Positions 35,822 through 44,548 of a stretch of 63,176 bases of DNA are shown here, piece after piece; position 1 is the first letter of the stretch; every line of letters begins with the position of its first letter. The stretch is from Pseudonocardiaceae bacterium. Lineage in GTDB: Bacteria; Actinomycetota; Actinomycetes; Mycobacteriales; Pseudonocardiaceae. The stretch is taken from NCBI GenBank assembly GCA_039583705.1, contig JAVKSM010000002.1, positions 1-63,176 on the forward strand, in the 5' to 3' direction. The position numbers were made by a program, and so were the translations under genes. Under the pieces are notes generated by a model. The model was not told the DNA's origin and made no database searches. It saw only the letters and a list, made by a program, of their open reading frames with translations.

Positions 35822-36054
35822 CCGCGCTGCTCGTCGTGGCGCTGCTGCTCGTCGCGCTGGCCGGCACGCTCGTCGTGCTCGCGCCGGGACCCAGCCGCCA
35901 GGCCGTCACGCTCTCGGTGTTCGGGCTGGCGCTGACGGTGCTCTTCGTCGTGCTGCAGGCACCGGACGTGGCGCTGTCCCAACTGGGCGTGGGCACCGTC
36001 GTGGTGCCCCTGATGATCATGCTGACCGTGCAGAAGACCCGGAGGGGCCGGTGA
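35818..36054 (+). CDS. DUF4040 / MbhD-like (MrpA C-terminal-segment-like) membrane protein
   Basis: 'LQAPDVALSQLGVGTVVVPL' matches the DUF4040 'aPDvAlTq' signature. GTG 35818. Confidence 0.65.
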   Translation: MTALLVVALLLVALAGTLVVLAPGPSRQAVTLSVFGLALTVLFVVLQAPDVALSQLGVGTVVVPLMIMLTVQKTRRGR

Positions 36055-36800
36055 GCCGCCGGGCGAGGCTCGCGATGTTCGCCGTGGTGGCCGCCGCGCT
36101 CGGCGCCGCACTGGTGCTCGCGCTGCTCGGGCTGCCCCGCTTCGGCTCGGCCTTCCACCCCTATGGTGACCGCGCCGTGGCAGTGGCCGTCGGCCCGCAG
36201 CAGACCGCGAACGTGGTGGGGTCGGTGACCTTCGACCAGCGCGGCGTGGACACCCTCGGTGAGGAGTTCATCCTCTTCGGCTCGGTGATCGGCGCGCTGG
36301 TGCTGCTGCGGCCCGCACCGGAGGAACGCGAGGTCGGCGTCCGGGGCGCTGGCCGGGTGATGAGCAGCACCGGGTTGGCCGGCTACCTGCTGCTTCCCAT
36401 CAGCCTCCTGGTCGGCGGCTACATCGTCGCTCACGGCGCCGTCAGCCCCGGCGGCGGCTTCCAGGGCGGGGTGATCCTGGCGAGCGGGTGGCACCTGCTC
36501 TACGTCGCCGGGCGGTACGCGGCCCTGCGCCGACTGGTGCCCAACAAGCCGCTCGAGCTCGCCGAGGCGGTCGGCGGGGCGGCCTTCGCCGCGATCGGGG
36601 TGGCCGGGATCGGGGTGGCCGGCGTGTTCCTGGTCAACCTCCTGCCCAAGGGCAGCCTGGGCTCGCTGCTCTCCGCCGGCACCGTGCCGGTGCTCAACGG
36701 CGCGGTTGGGGTGGAGGTCACCAGCGGCGTCGTGCTGCTGCTCGCCTCGTTCCTCGACCAGGCGGTGGTGCTGCGAAGCATCGAGGAGGCGGACGAGTGA
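36051..36800 (+). CDS. mrpB: MnhB/MrpB-like subunit
   Basis: 'ANVVGSVTFDQRGVDTLGEEFILFGSVIGALVLL' is the MnhB-domain signature. Confidence 0.75.
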   Translation: MSRRARLAMFAVVAAALGAALVLALLGLPRFGSAFHPYGDRAVAVAVGPQQTANVVGSVTFDQRGVDTLGEEFILFGSVIGALVLLRPAPEEREVGVRGAGRVMSSTGLAGYLLLPISLLVGGYIVAHGAVSPGGGFQGGVILASGWHLLYVAGRYAALRRLVPNKPLELAEAVGGAAFAAIGVAGIGVAGVFLVNLLPKGSLGSLLSAGTVPVLNGAVGVEVTSGVVLLLASFLDQAVVLRSIEEADE

Positions 36801-37141
36801 CGCTGCTGCCCTACCTCGTCGCCGGCTGGCTGTTCCTCGCCGGCTGCTACGGCCTGGTCACCAGCCGCAACCTCGTCCACGCCGTGGGATGCCTGACCAT
36901 CGCGCAGTCCTCGACCTATGTGCTGCTGCTGGCGGTCGGCTACCGCTCCGGTGCCACGGCGCCGGTGTTCGGCGACCTTCCGGTCGGCGCGCCGGTCGTT
37001 GACCCGGTCGTGCAGGCGCTCACGCTCACCGACATCGTCGTGTCCGCCACCGTCACTGCCCTGCTGCTCGCGCTGACCCTCCAGATCCACAAGCGCCACG
37101 GCACTGTGGACCCGGACGAGCTGCGCGCGCTGCGGAACTAG
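36797..37141 (+). CDS. mrpC: MrpC/MnhC (NuoK-like) subunit
   Basis: 114 aa. 'LVTSRNLVHAVGCLTIAQSSTYVLLL' and 'DPVVQALTLTDIVV' are NuoK/MnhC-like. Confidence 0.8.
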   Translation: MTLLPYLVAGWLFLAGCYGLVTSRNLVHAVGCLTIAQSSTYVLLLAVGYRSGATAPVFGDLPVGAPVVDPVVQALTLTDIVVSATVTALLLALTLQIHKRHGTVDPDELRALRN

Positions 37142-37150
37142 GGCTCGTCG

Positions 37151-38962
37151 GTGGAGTCGCTCCCGCTGCTGTGCGTGGCGGTGCCGCTGCTGGTCGCCGC
37201 CGGGCTGGCCGCCGTGGGCCGCTGGCTGCCCCGCCCGGTCGTCGACGTCGTGTCGCTGCTGAGCTGCCTGGGCGTGCTCGGACTGGGCGTCACGCTGCTG
37301 GTGGCCACCGGCAGCCGTCGGGTCGTGAGCTGGGTCGCCGGCTACACCCCCCACGGCGGCGCCAGCGTCGGCGTCGTCTTCGTCGTCGACCGGGTCGGCG
37401 CCGGGCTCGCGGTGCTCGTCGCCGCGCTCATGACCGGCGCGCTGCTCTACACCTGGCGCTACTTCAGCGAGGTCGAGAGCAAGTTCCACGTGCTCATGCT
37501 GCTGTTCCTCGCGGGCATGGCCGGCTTCGCGCTGACCGGCGACCTGTTCGACGCGTTCGTCTTCTTCGAGCTCATGGGGGCGGTGGCCTACGCGCTCACC
37601 GGCTACAAGATCGAGGAGGCGCAGCCGCTCCAGGGCGCCCTCAACTTCGCGGTCGTCAACTCCCTCGGCGCCTACTGCACGCTGCTGGGTATCGGGCTGC
37701 TCTACGGCCGCACCGGCGAACTCGGCTTCGCCCAGATCCACCAGGCGCTCGCCGGCCACGGGCCGCCGGACGCCCTGGTCGTCGTCGGCGCGGCGCTCGT
37801 GCTCACCGGCTTCCTCGTCAAAGCGGCAGCGGTGCCGTTCCACTTCTGGCTGGCCGACGCGCACGCGGTGGCCCCCTCCCCGGTGTGCGTGCTGTTCTCC
37901 GGCGTCATGGTCGAGCTCGGGCTCTACGGCGTGGCCCGCACCTGGTCGGCGGCGCTGTCAGCGGCGCTGCCGGCCGAGCGGCTGCGCCCGGCGCTGCTCG
38001 TCGGCGGCGTGGTCACCGCCCTGGTCGCGTCGGTGATGTGCCTGGCACAGACCCATCTCAAACGGCTGCTGGCGTTCTCCACCATGGCCCATATGGGGCT
38101 GTTCCTCGTCGCCCTCGGGGCGCTGGAGCCGGCGTCGGTGGGCGGCCTCCTCGTGTACGTCCTGGGGCATGCCGGGGTCAAGGGCGCGCTGTTCCTCTGC
38201 GCCGGCCTGCTGCTCAACCATCACGGCAGCCTCGACGCCGAGGAGCTCTACGGGCGCGGGCGGGAGATGCCGGTGACCCGGGTGTGTTTCCTCGTCGGTG
38301 CGCTGGCGCTGGCCGGGCTGCCGCCGTCGGGGACCTGGCTGGGCAAGACCCTGTCCGAGGACGGCCTGTCGCACGCGGGCTACGGCTGGGCTCCGGCGCT
38401 GTTCGTCGCGACCTCGGCGCTGACCGGGGCCGCGGTGCTGCGGGTGGGGCTGCAGATCTTCCTCGGCGTCGGTGAGCGTCCCGGCAGCGCCGAGGACACC
38501 CGAGGCCGGCACGAGGACTCCGAGACCGGGGCGCTGCTGTCCCGGCTGCCCGCCACGATGGTCGGCCCGGCCGTCACGCTGCTCGGGGTGGGCGTGGCGC
38601 TGGGGATGGTGCCGGGGCTGGGCAGGGTCGCGGAGCAGGCCGCGCAGACCCTGCTGGACGGCGGCGGGTACGCGGCGGCGACGCTGCACGGCGCCGTCGG
38701 CGTGCACGCACCGGCCTCCGACGTCACGGGCTTCACGGCCTCCGGGGTCGTGCTCGGCCTGGTGTCGGTGGCGTTGGCGCTGGCTGTTGCGGCGGCCCAG
38801 CTGTATTCCCGCCGCCTGCCGGCGCCGGTGCGGGCGGTGGGCGTAGCGCTGCGGCCACCGCTGCGGATACTGCGCGCCACCCACTCCGGCCACCTGGGGG
38901 ACTACGTGGTGTGGCTGCTCCTCGGGGTCACGCTCCTGGCCGGTGCCATCGCCGTGAGCTGA
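37151..38962 (+). CDS. mrpD: MrpD/NuoL-M-N-type antiporter subunit (603 aa)
   Basis: 'VPFHFWLADAHAVAPSPVCVLFSG' and 'KRLLAFSTMAHMG'. Confidence 0.85.
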   Translation: MESLPLLCVAVPLLVAAGLAAVGRWLPRPVVDVVSLLSCLGVLGLGVTLLVATGSRRVVSWVAGYTPHGGASVGVVFVVDRVGAGLAVLVAALMTGALLYTWRYFSEVESKFHVLMLLFLAGMAGFALTGDLFDAFVFFELMGAVAYALTGYKIEEAQPLQGALNFAVVNSLGAYCTLLGIGLLYGRTGELGFAQIHQALAGHGPPDALVVVGAALVLTGFLVKAAAVPFHFWLADAHAVAPSPVCVLFSGVMVELGLYGVARTWSAALSAALPAERLRPALLVGGVVTALVASVMCLAQTHLKRLLAFSTMAHMGLFLVALGALEPASVGGLLVYVLGHAGVKGALFLCAGLLLNHHGSLDAEELYGRGREMPVTRVCFLVGALALAGLPPSGTWLGKTLSEDGLSHAGYGWAPALFVATSALTGAAVLRVGLQIFLGVGERPGSAEDTRGRHEDSETGALLSRLPATMVGPAVTLLGVGVALGMVPGLGRVAEQAAQTLLDGGGYAAATLHGAVGVHAPASDVTGFTASGVVLGLVSVALALAVAAAQLYSRRLPAPVRAVGVALRPPLRILRATHSGHLGDYVVWLLLGVTLLAGAIAVS

Positions 38963-38993
38963 CGGCCGCGCCGCCGCGCCGCCGCTGCTGGAC

Positions 38994-40079
38994 TCAGGCC
39001 TCGCGGACCACGTCTCGGGGTTCCTTGTCGGTACGCATGCCTCGAAACCGGGGGTGGCGCAGCCGGCCGTCGCCAGTCCACTCGGTGAAGCCGACCTGCG
39101 CGACCAGCTCCGGGTCCACCCAGTGCGCGCCGGGCTCAGCGACCCGCTCGGCGAAGGGGCTGCGCGGCCGCTCCAACCCGTCCATCCGCGACCGCAGCGA
39201 CCGCAACACGCGGTCGTTGTAGCCGGTACCCACCTTGCCGGCATAAAGCAGCCGGCCGCCGTCGTAGTAGCCGACGAGCAGCGCCCCGAAGCCGACCCGG
39301 GAACCGGCGGGGTCGGTGAAGCCGCCGACGACGAACTCCTGGTCCCGCACGCACTTGAGCTTGCGCCAGTCCGGGGAGCGGCGGTGCTGGTATGCCGAGT
39401 CGGCCCGCTTGGCGATCAGGCCCTCCCAGCCGCGCGCGCAGGCCAGCTCCAGGAAGCGCCGGCCGTCGCCGGTGCGGTGCGCGGAGTACCGAACCGGGTC
39501 GCTGAAACCGAACGTCGCTCGCAGCAGCCGCTTGCGGGTGCGCAACGGCAGCCGGGTGAGGTCGACCTCGCCGAGCACCAGCAGGTCGAAAAGGTACAGG
39601 TACACCGCTACCGCGCTGCGCCGGGCCCGCGCCGGGTCGGTGAGGTGGATCCGGGCCTGCAGCGTGGCGAAGCTGGTCTGCGTGCCGTCGAAGGCGACGA
39701 CCTCGCCGTCGGCGACGAACCGGGCCGGCCCGTGCACCGCCAGCGCCTCGACCAGCTCCGGGTAAGCCGCGTCCATGCGCTTGCGGTTGCGCGACCACAG
39801 CGCCGGCTCGCCCCGGTCGCGGCTGCCGATCGCGCGCACCCCGTCGAGTTTGCGCTCGTAGATCCACGCGTCGTCGGAGAAGGGTTCGGCGGTGAGCGTG
39901 GCGAGCATGGGCACGCGATAGCCGATGTCCGGTGCGCGGCGCAGCAAAGCCTGTTCGGCCTGCGTCAGGGCCAGCCGGTCCACCTGGCCGACGTTAGTGT
40001 CGCCAGGGTTGGCCGGCCGCGCGGACGACACCGACACTGACTTTCCTGCAAGGGACTTGCAACGAGTATAGTGATGCAT
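38994..40079 (-). CDS. ATP-dependent DNA ligase (LigC / LigD-ligase-domain type)
   Basis: Adenylation motif I 'YERKLDGVR' (KxDG), 'EGLIAKR' and 'WRKLK'. The true start may be internal, near 'PMLATL'. Confidence 0.85.
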   Translation of the reverse strand: MHHYTRCKSLAGKSVSVSSARPANPGDTNVGQVDRLALTQAEQALLRRAPDIGYRVPMLATLTAEPFSDDAWIYERKLDGVRAIGSRDRGEPALWSRNRKRMDAAYPELVEALAVHGPARFVADGEVVAFDGTQTSFATLQARIHLTDPARARRSAVAVYLYLFDLLVLGEVDLTRLPLRTRKRLLRATFGFSDPVRYSAHRTGDGRRFLELACARGWEGLIAKRADSAYQHRRSPDWRKLKCVRDQEFVVGGFTDPAGSRVGFGALLVGYYDGGRLLYAGKVGTGYNDRVLRSLRSRMDGLERPRSPFAERVAEPGAHWVDPELVAQVGFTEWTGDGRLRHPRFRGMRTDKEPRDVVREA

Positions 40080-40136
40080 CTACTGTCACCCGGGAGCGCC
40101 GTCCGCCCGGGATGGCCGTGACGCAGCGAGGAAGCC

Positions 40137-41276
40137 GTGGCCCCCGGAGCTGTCGCCGTTCCCCTTTCCCGGTTGCGCCGGGTCCGTTCCGCGCTCACTC
40201 CGGGAGAGTGGGCGGGCATCTTCGGCATGACCGGGCTCATCGTGCTGCTCAACGTGATCGGGTGGGGGGTGCTGACGGCGTTCGTGGTGCCGGCCCACTA
40301 CGACCTGGGCACCTCCGGGGTGTTCGGGATCGGGCTGGGCGTCACCGCGTTCACCTTCGGGATGCGTCATGCCTTCGACGCCGACCACATCGCCGCGATC
40401 GACAACACCACCCGCAAGCTCATGGCCGAGGGGAAACGCCCGCTGTCGGTCGGGTTCTGGTTCTCCCTGGGCCACTCGACGATCGTGTTCGGGCTGTGCC
40501 TGCTGCTGGCGCTGGGCATCCGGGCACTCGCCGGGCAGGTGCAGGACGGCTCCTCGACCCTGCACCAGGCCACCGGGTTGATCGGCACCATGGTGTCGGG
40601 GGTGTTCCTCTACCTGCTCGGGGTCATCAACCTGGTGATCCTCATCGGGATCGTCAAGGTGTTCCGCGGGATGCGCCACGGTCGCTTCGACGAGGCCGGG
40701 CTGGAGAACCACCTCAACAACCGGGGGTTCATGAACCGCCTGCTCAAAGGCGCCACCAAGGCGGTGCGCAAGCCCTGGCACATCTACCCGGTCGGGGTGC
40801 TGTTCGGCCTGGGGTTCGACACCGCCACCGAGGTCGGGCTGCTCGTGCTCGCCGCTGGTGCCGCCGCCTTCGCGCTGCCCTGGTACGCGATACTCGTGCT
40901 GCCGGTGCTCTTCGCCGCCGGGATGAGCATGTTCGACACCGCCGACGGCTGCTTCATGAACTTCGCCTACGGCTGGGCCTTCGCCAAGCCCGTCCGCAAG
41001 ATCTACTACAACATCACCGTCACCGCGCTGTCAGTCGCGGTCGCCCTCGTCGTCGGCACCATCGAGCTGACCTCCATCCTGACCGACAAGCTGGGCATCG
41101 ACTCGGGCCCACTGGCCTGGATCGGCAACCTCGACCTCAACGACGTCGGTTTCGGCATCGTCGGTCTGTTCGTCGTCACCTGGATCCTCGCGCTGGCGGT
41201 ATGGCGGTTGGGCCGCATCGAGGACAAGTGGTCGGTCCACCTCAGCCCCACCCCGCCGGCGACCGCTCCGGACTGA
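40137..41276 (+). CDS. NiCoT-family (HoxN/HupN/NixA) nickel/cobalt transporter
   Basis: 'RHAFDADHIAAIDNTTRK' signature, 'FSLGHSTIV' and 'LFGLGFDTATEV'. Confidence 0.9.
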   Translation: MAPGAVAVPLSRLRRVRSALTPGEWAGIFGMTGLIVLLNVIGWGVLTAFVVPAHYDLGTSGVFGIGLGVTAFTFGMRHAFDADHIAAIDNTTRKLMAEGKRPLSVGFWFSLGHSTIVFGLCLLLALGIRALAGQVQDGSSTLHQATGLIGTMVSGVFLYLLGVINLVILIGIVKVFRGMRHGRFDEAGLENHLNNRGFMNRLLKGATKAVRKPWHIYPVGVLFGLGFDTATEVGLLVLAAGAAAFALPWYAILVLPVLFAAGMSMFDTADGCFMNFAYGWAFAKPVRKIYYNITVTALSVAVALVVGTIELTSILTDKLGIDSGPLAWIGNLDLNDVGFGIVGLFVVTWILALAVWRLGRIEDKWSVHLSPTPPATAPD

Positions 41277-41320
41277 GCACCGTCCTGCGCGGCCCGCCGC
41301 CAGGGCATAGCGTCGGGGTC

Positions 41321-41503
41321 ATGGGCGCAGCGCAGCAGGGACAGAAGGCGGCCGAGCAGGTTGACCGGGAGGTGTCCACGCAAGAGGAACGGGAGGACCT
41401 CGTGCGGGGACTGGACGAGGACAGCCCCGACACCGCCGACGCCAAGCGCACGGTGCAGGCCACGACCGACGCCGACCGCGACATCGAGGAGATGACCGGG
41501 TAG
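41321..41503 (+). CDS. small acidic hypothetical protein (60 aa)
   Basis: The in-frame tail of a shadow ORF, with coding-like composition. No motif recognised. Confidence 0.3.
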   Translation: MGAAQQGQKAAEQVDREVSTQEEREDLVRGLDEDSPDTADAKRTVQATTDADRDIEEMTG

Positions 41504-41553
41504 CCGCTGCCGCCGCCGGTACCGCCAGCCCTGGACGCGCCTGCGCCCGGACT

Positions 41554-41655
41554 GCCGCCACCGCGGAAGGGCCGCCACCGCGGAAGGGCCGCCACCGCGG
41601 AAGGGCCGCCACCGCGGAAGGGCCTCAGCCCCGGAAAGGCCTCAGCCCCGAACCG
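41554..41655. repeat. 17-nt tandem repeat: 4 perfect copies plus 2 variant copies
   Basis: GCCGCCACCGCGGAAGG x4 (41554-41621), then GCCTCAGCCCCGGAAAG and GCCTCAGCCCCGAACCG. The last unit contains the stop codon of the UPF0016 gene. Confidence 0.95.
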
Positions 41656-42229
41656 CCGCCACCAGGCTCACGACCGCCAGCACGGTCATCGCCGCCGCCG
41701 CCGCCCGCACCACCCACTGGATCGGCAGCAGCCGCGCCACCCGCTCGCCGCCGAACGCCGCCAGCGCGCCGACCGTCCACAACGCCAGCACACTGCCGAC
41801 GCCGACCGACAGCGGGGCGTGGTAGGCGGCGGCCAGGGTGGCCGTCACGATCTGGGTGAGGTCACCGAATTCCGCGATCAGCACGACCCCGAAGCTGGTC
41901 AGCGCCACCCGCGCGGGCGAGCGACTCGGCGCGCCCTCGACCCGCTCGTCGTGCCCGGCGACCCCGTGGCAGCCCCCCAGCAGCAGCGCCGCGCCGAGCA
42001 GGAACAGACCCGCCACCACGCCCTCCAGGGTCCGGTGCGGCAGCAGTGTGAGCAGGCTGCCGGCGGCCACGGCGAGCACGACGTGCACGACGAACGCGGC
42101 GCCCGCACCGGCAAGCACCCAGATCGGGCGGTACCGGGTGCCGAGCACGAGGCTGGCCAGGGCGGTCTTGTCGGGCAGTTCGGCCGGAAAGACGATCACG
42201 AAGGCGGTGAGGGCGACGGCGAGGTCCAC
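41642..42229 (-). CDS. UPF0016 (TMEM165/GDT1/MneA-type) cation (Mn2+/Ca2+) exporter
   Basis: Two copies of the E-x-G-D-(K/R)-(T/S) motif ('ELPDKT', 'EFGDLTQ') in a two-fold repeated 6-TM protein. Confidence 0.85.
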   Translation of the reverse strand: MDLAVALTAFVIVFPAELPDKTALASLVLGTRYRPIWVLAGAGAAFVVHVVLAVAAGSLLTLLPHRTLEGVVAGLFLLGAALLLGGCHGVAGHDERVEGAPSRSPARVALTSFGVVLIAEFGDLTQIVTATLAAAYHAPLSVGVGSVLALWTVGALAAFGGERVARLLPIQWVVRAAAAAMTVLAVVSLVAAVRG

Positions 42230-42298
42230 GGCTGCGGTGTCCTGTCATTCGGGCTGCCGCACCGCAGACGCTTCGGCACGGCAGCGGCAAGCTGCGGC

Positions 42299-42390
42299 CG
42301 AAGGTCTCGCTCAGCACCTCCAGGTGCTCCGGGAGCCGGGCCCGGGGGGCCAGCATGTCGACGTCCCGGCGAGGGAGCTACTCCCCTTCG
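42299..42390 (-). promoter_or_regulatory. yybP-ykoY (manganese) riboswitch aptamer
   Basis: The mRNA reads CGAAGG-GGAGUAGC...GUCGACAUGC...GAGCGAGA-CCUUCG. That gives the conserved GGGGAGUAG, (U/C)GACAU and AGC(A/G)AGACC blocks closed by a 6-bp P1. It sits 70 nt upstream of the UPF0016 start. Confidence 0.75.
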
Positions 42391-42439
42391 CTTCTCCCGA
42401 GCCTACGACCCGTGCCGCCGTACTGCCCAGGTCCCCCCC

Positions 42440-43162
42440 TCACCCGAGGACGGCGGACAGCGCGAGCTCGAGGAGGGCGGCCTCGACGTCGCTGCGCCGC
42501 CGTTCCCGCTCCGGTGGCAGTGGATCGGTCCAGGAGCGGCCGGCGGCGAGGTCGTCCCACACGTAGAGCAACGATGCGGCGTGCATCCCGACCCAGGACG
42601 CGGCCGCCAGCGTCGCCGCGCTCTCCATGTCCACGGCGAGCAACCCGTCGGCGCGCCACCGGGCCACCAGCGAGGCGGGCTGGCGCAGCAGCACCTCGGT
42701 CGTCACGGTCGGTCCCCGCCGTACCGCCAGTCCCCGAGCGGCGGCGGCGGCGGCCAACGCGTCGACCAGCGCCGCGTCGGGGCGTACCCACCGACCTGCG
42801 CCGTAGTGCGCCGACGCGCCCTCCTCGCAGCGCACCTCCTCGGCGAGCACGAGGTCCCCGGGCGCCGACCCGGGCGCCACCGCCCCGCACGAACCGATCT
42901 GGACCACGACCGGGCAGCCGAGCTGGCCCAACACGTGCACCGGTTCAACGGTCCGCGCCGCGCCGTACACACAGGCGTAGCCCACGGCGGTGCCCCGCCA
43001 ACGGCCCCACCACCAGTCCGGGGCGGCGAGCTCGCGAACGTCGCTGAGCAGGGCCAGTCGCTGGCGTTCCCGGTCCCGGCGCCACCACGACCCTTCGACG
43101 ACGAGCAGCCGCGGGACCTCCTCCGGGGCGAGTCCCACGATCCGAGCCCAGTCCTGGTCCAC
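42440..43162 (-). CDS. PNP_UDP_1-family nucleoside phosphorylase-like protein
   Basis: 'QIGSCGAV' and 'LAVDMESAA' motifs of the purine/uridine phosphorylase fold. Confidence 0.65.
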   Translation of the reverse strand: MDQDWARIVGLAPEEVPRLLVVEGSWWRRDRERQRLALLSDVRELAAPDWWWGRWRGTAVGYACVYGAARTVEPVHVLGQLGCPVVVQIGSCGAVAPGSAPGDLVLAEEVRCEEGASAHYGAGRWVRPDAALVDALAAAAAARGLAVRRGPTVTTEVLLRQPASLVARWRADGLLAVDMESAATLAAASWVGMHAASLLYVWDDLAAGRSWTDPLPPERERRRSDVEAALLELALSAVLG

Positions 43163-43264
43163 CGAGGCAGGTTAGAGGCACGATCCGGAACGGCAGGCCG
43201 CGACGAACACCTCGTCACGCAGCCCACCCGCCCCCGTCCCGCCGTGAGGATCCTGGGAGGACAG

Positions 43265-44548
43265 ATGGCCGCCGCCCTCACCGACGCCGTCGACGCCCCA
43301 CCGCCACCGGCCGCGCCCGCTCCGCGCCACGTCGCCATCCTGGGGGCCGGGCCGATCGGCTTGGACGCCGCGTTGGCCTGCGTCGAGGCCGGATGGCCGT
43401 TCACGGTCTACGAGGCGGCCACGACCGTCGCCGGCAACGTCCGAGCCTGGGGCCACGTGCGGCTGTTCACCCCGTGGTCGATGAACGTCTCGGACCGGAT
43501 GCGGTCGCACCTGTCGGCCGCCGGGGTCGCGGTGCCCGCGGCCGGCGGCGGCTACCCCACCGGCGCCGAGGTCGCCGAGCGGTTGCTCGAGCCGCTGGGC
43601 GCACTGCCGACGCTGGCGCCCCACATCCGCACCGCGACCGAGGTGCTGGGCATCGCCCGCCGCGGCCTGCTCAAGCACGAGGAGATCGCCACCGCGGTAC
43701 GCGGCGAGCATCCGTTCCGGTTGCTGCTGGCCGGGCCGGACGGCAGCGAGCGGGTCGAGTACGCCGACCTGGTGCTGGACTGCACGGGCAGCTACGGGCG
43801 GGGCAACACCCTCGGCGACGGCGGCATTCCGGCACCGGGCGAGCAACGGCTGGCCGACCGGATCACGCGGCGGATCCCGGATCTGGTCGCCGACCGGGCC
43901 GGGTGGAGCGGACGCACCGTACTGCTCGTCGGTGCCGGGAAGTCGGCCCAGACCGCTGCCCGCGACCTCGCCGACCTGGCGCGGGCCGAGTCGGCCACCC
44001 GGGTGGTGTGGGCGGTCCGAGCCTCGGAGCCGGACTGGGGCGAAGTGCCCGACGACCCGCTGCCGCAGCGCCAGGAGCTGGTCGACGTCGCCGAGCGGCT
44101 GCGCTCCGGCGAGGTGCGGGGCGTGGAGGTCCGCACCGGGGTGGTGGTCGACGCGCTGCGCGCCGAGGGGGACGGCGTGGCGGTGACGCTGCGCACCGAC
44201 GCGGGTGACGCCGAGGAGATCGCTGTCGACCGGGTGCTCGCGCTGACCGGGTTCCTCGGTGACACCTCGCTGTACCGCCAGCTCCAGGTCCACGAGTGCT
44301 ACGCCACCGCGGCCCCGATGAACCTGTCCGCCGCGCTGCTGGCCGCGGCCGGCGACGGCCCGGCGGACTGCCTGACCCAGGAGCCGCACGGCGTGGACGC
44401 GCTGCGGGTGCCCGAGCCGAACTTCTTCGTGCTCGGCATGAAGTCCTACGGCCGCAACCCCACCTTCCTGCTCCGGGTCGGCTACGAGCAGGTGGACGAG
44501 ATCGCCGCCGCCTACTCTCCGGGTCCGCGTCAGACGGCGCAGTTGTAG
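43265..44548 (+). CDS. FAD/NAD(P)-binding oxidoreductase
   Basis: 'HVAILGAGPIGLDAALA' and a second 'VLLVGAGKSAQTAA' Rossmann motif. ATG 43265 lies inside a 909-aa shadow ORF. Confidence 0.7.
   Translation: MAAALTDAVDAPPPPAAPAPRHVAILGAGPIGLDAALACVEAGWPFTVYEAATTVAGNVRAWGHVRLFTPWSMNVSDRMRSHLSAAGVAVPAAGGGYPTGAEVAERLLEPLGALPTLAPHIRTATEVLGIARRGLLKHEEIATAVRGEHPFRLLLAGPDGSERVEYADLVLDCTGSYGRGNTLGDGGIPAPGEQRLADRITRRIPDLVADRAGWSGRTVLLVGAGKSAQTAARDLADLARAESATRVVWAVRASEPDWGEVPDDPLPQRQELVDVAERLRSGEVRGVEVRTGVVVDALRAEGDGVAVTLRTDAGDAEEIAVDRVLALTGFLGDTSLYRQLQVHECYATAAPMNLSAALLAAAGDGPADCLTQEPHGVDALRVPEPNFFVLGMKSYGRNPTFLLRVGYEQVDEIAAAYSPGPRQTAQL

Noticed and set aside
41819-44548. 909-aa ORF taken as one gene
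   Set aside because: Only the last 427 codons (from ATG 43265, with the 'HVAILGAGPIG' motif soon after) look like protein. The upstream part is shadow sequence running antisense through the UPF0016 and phosphorylase genes.
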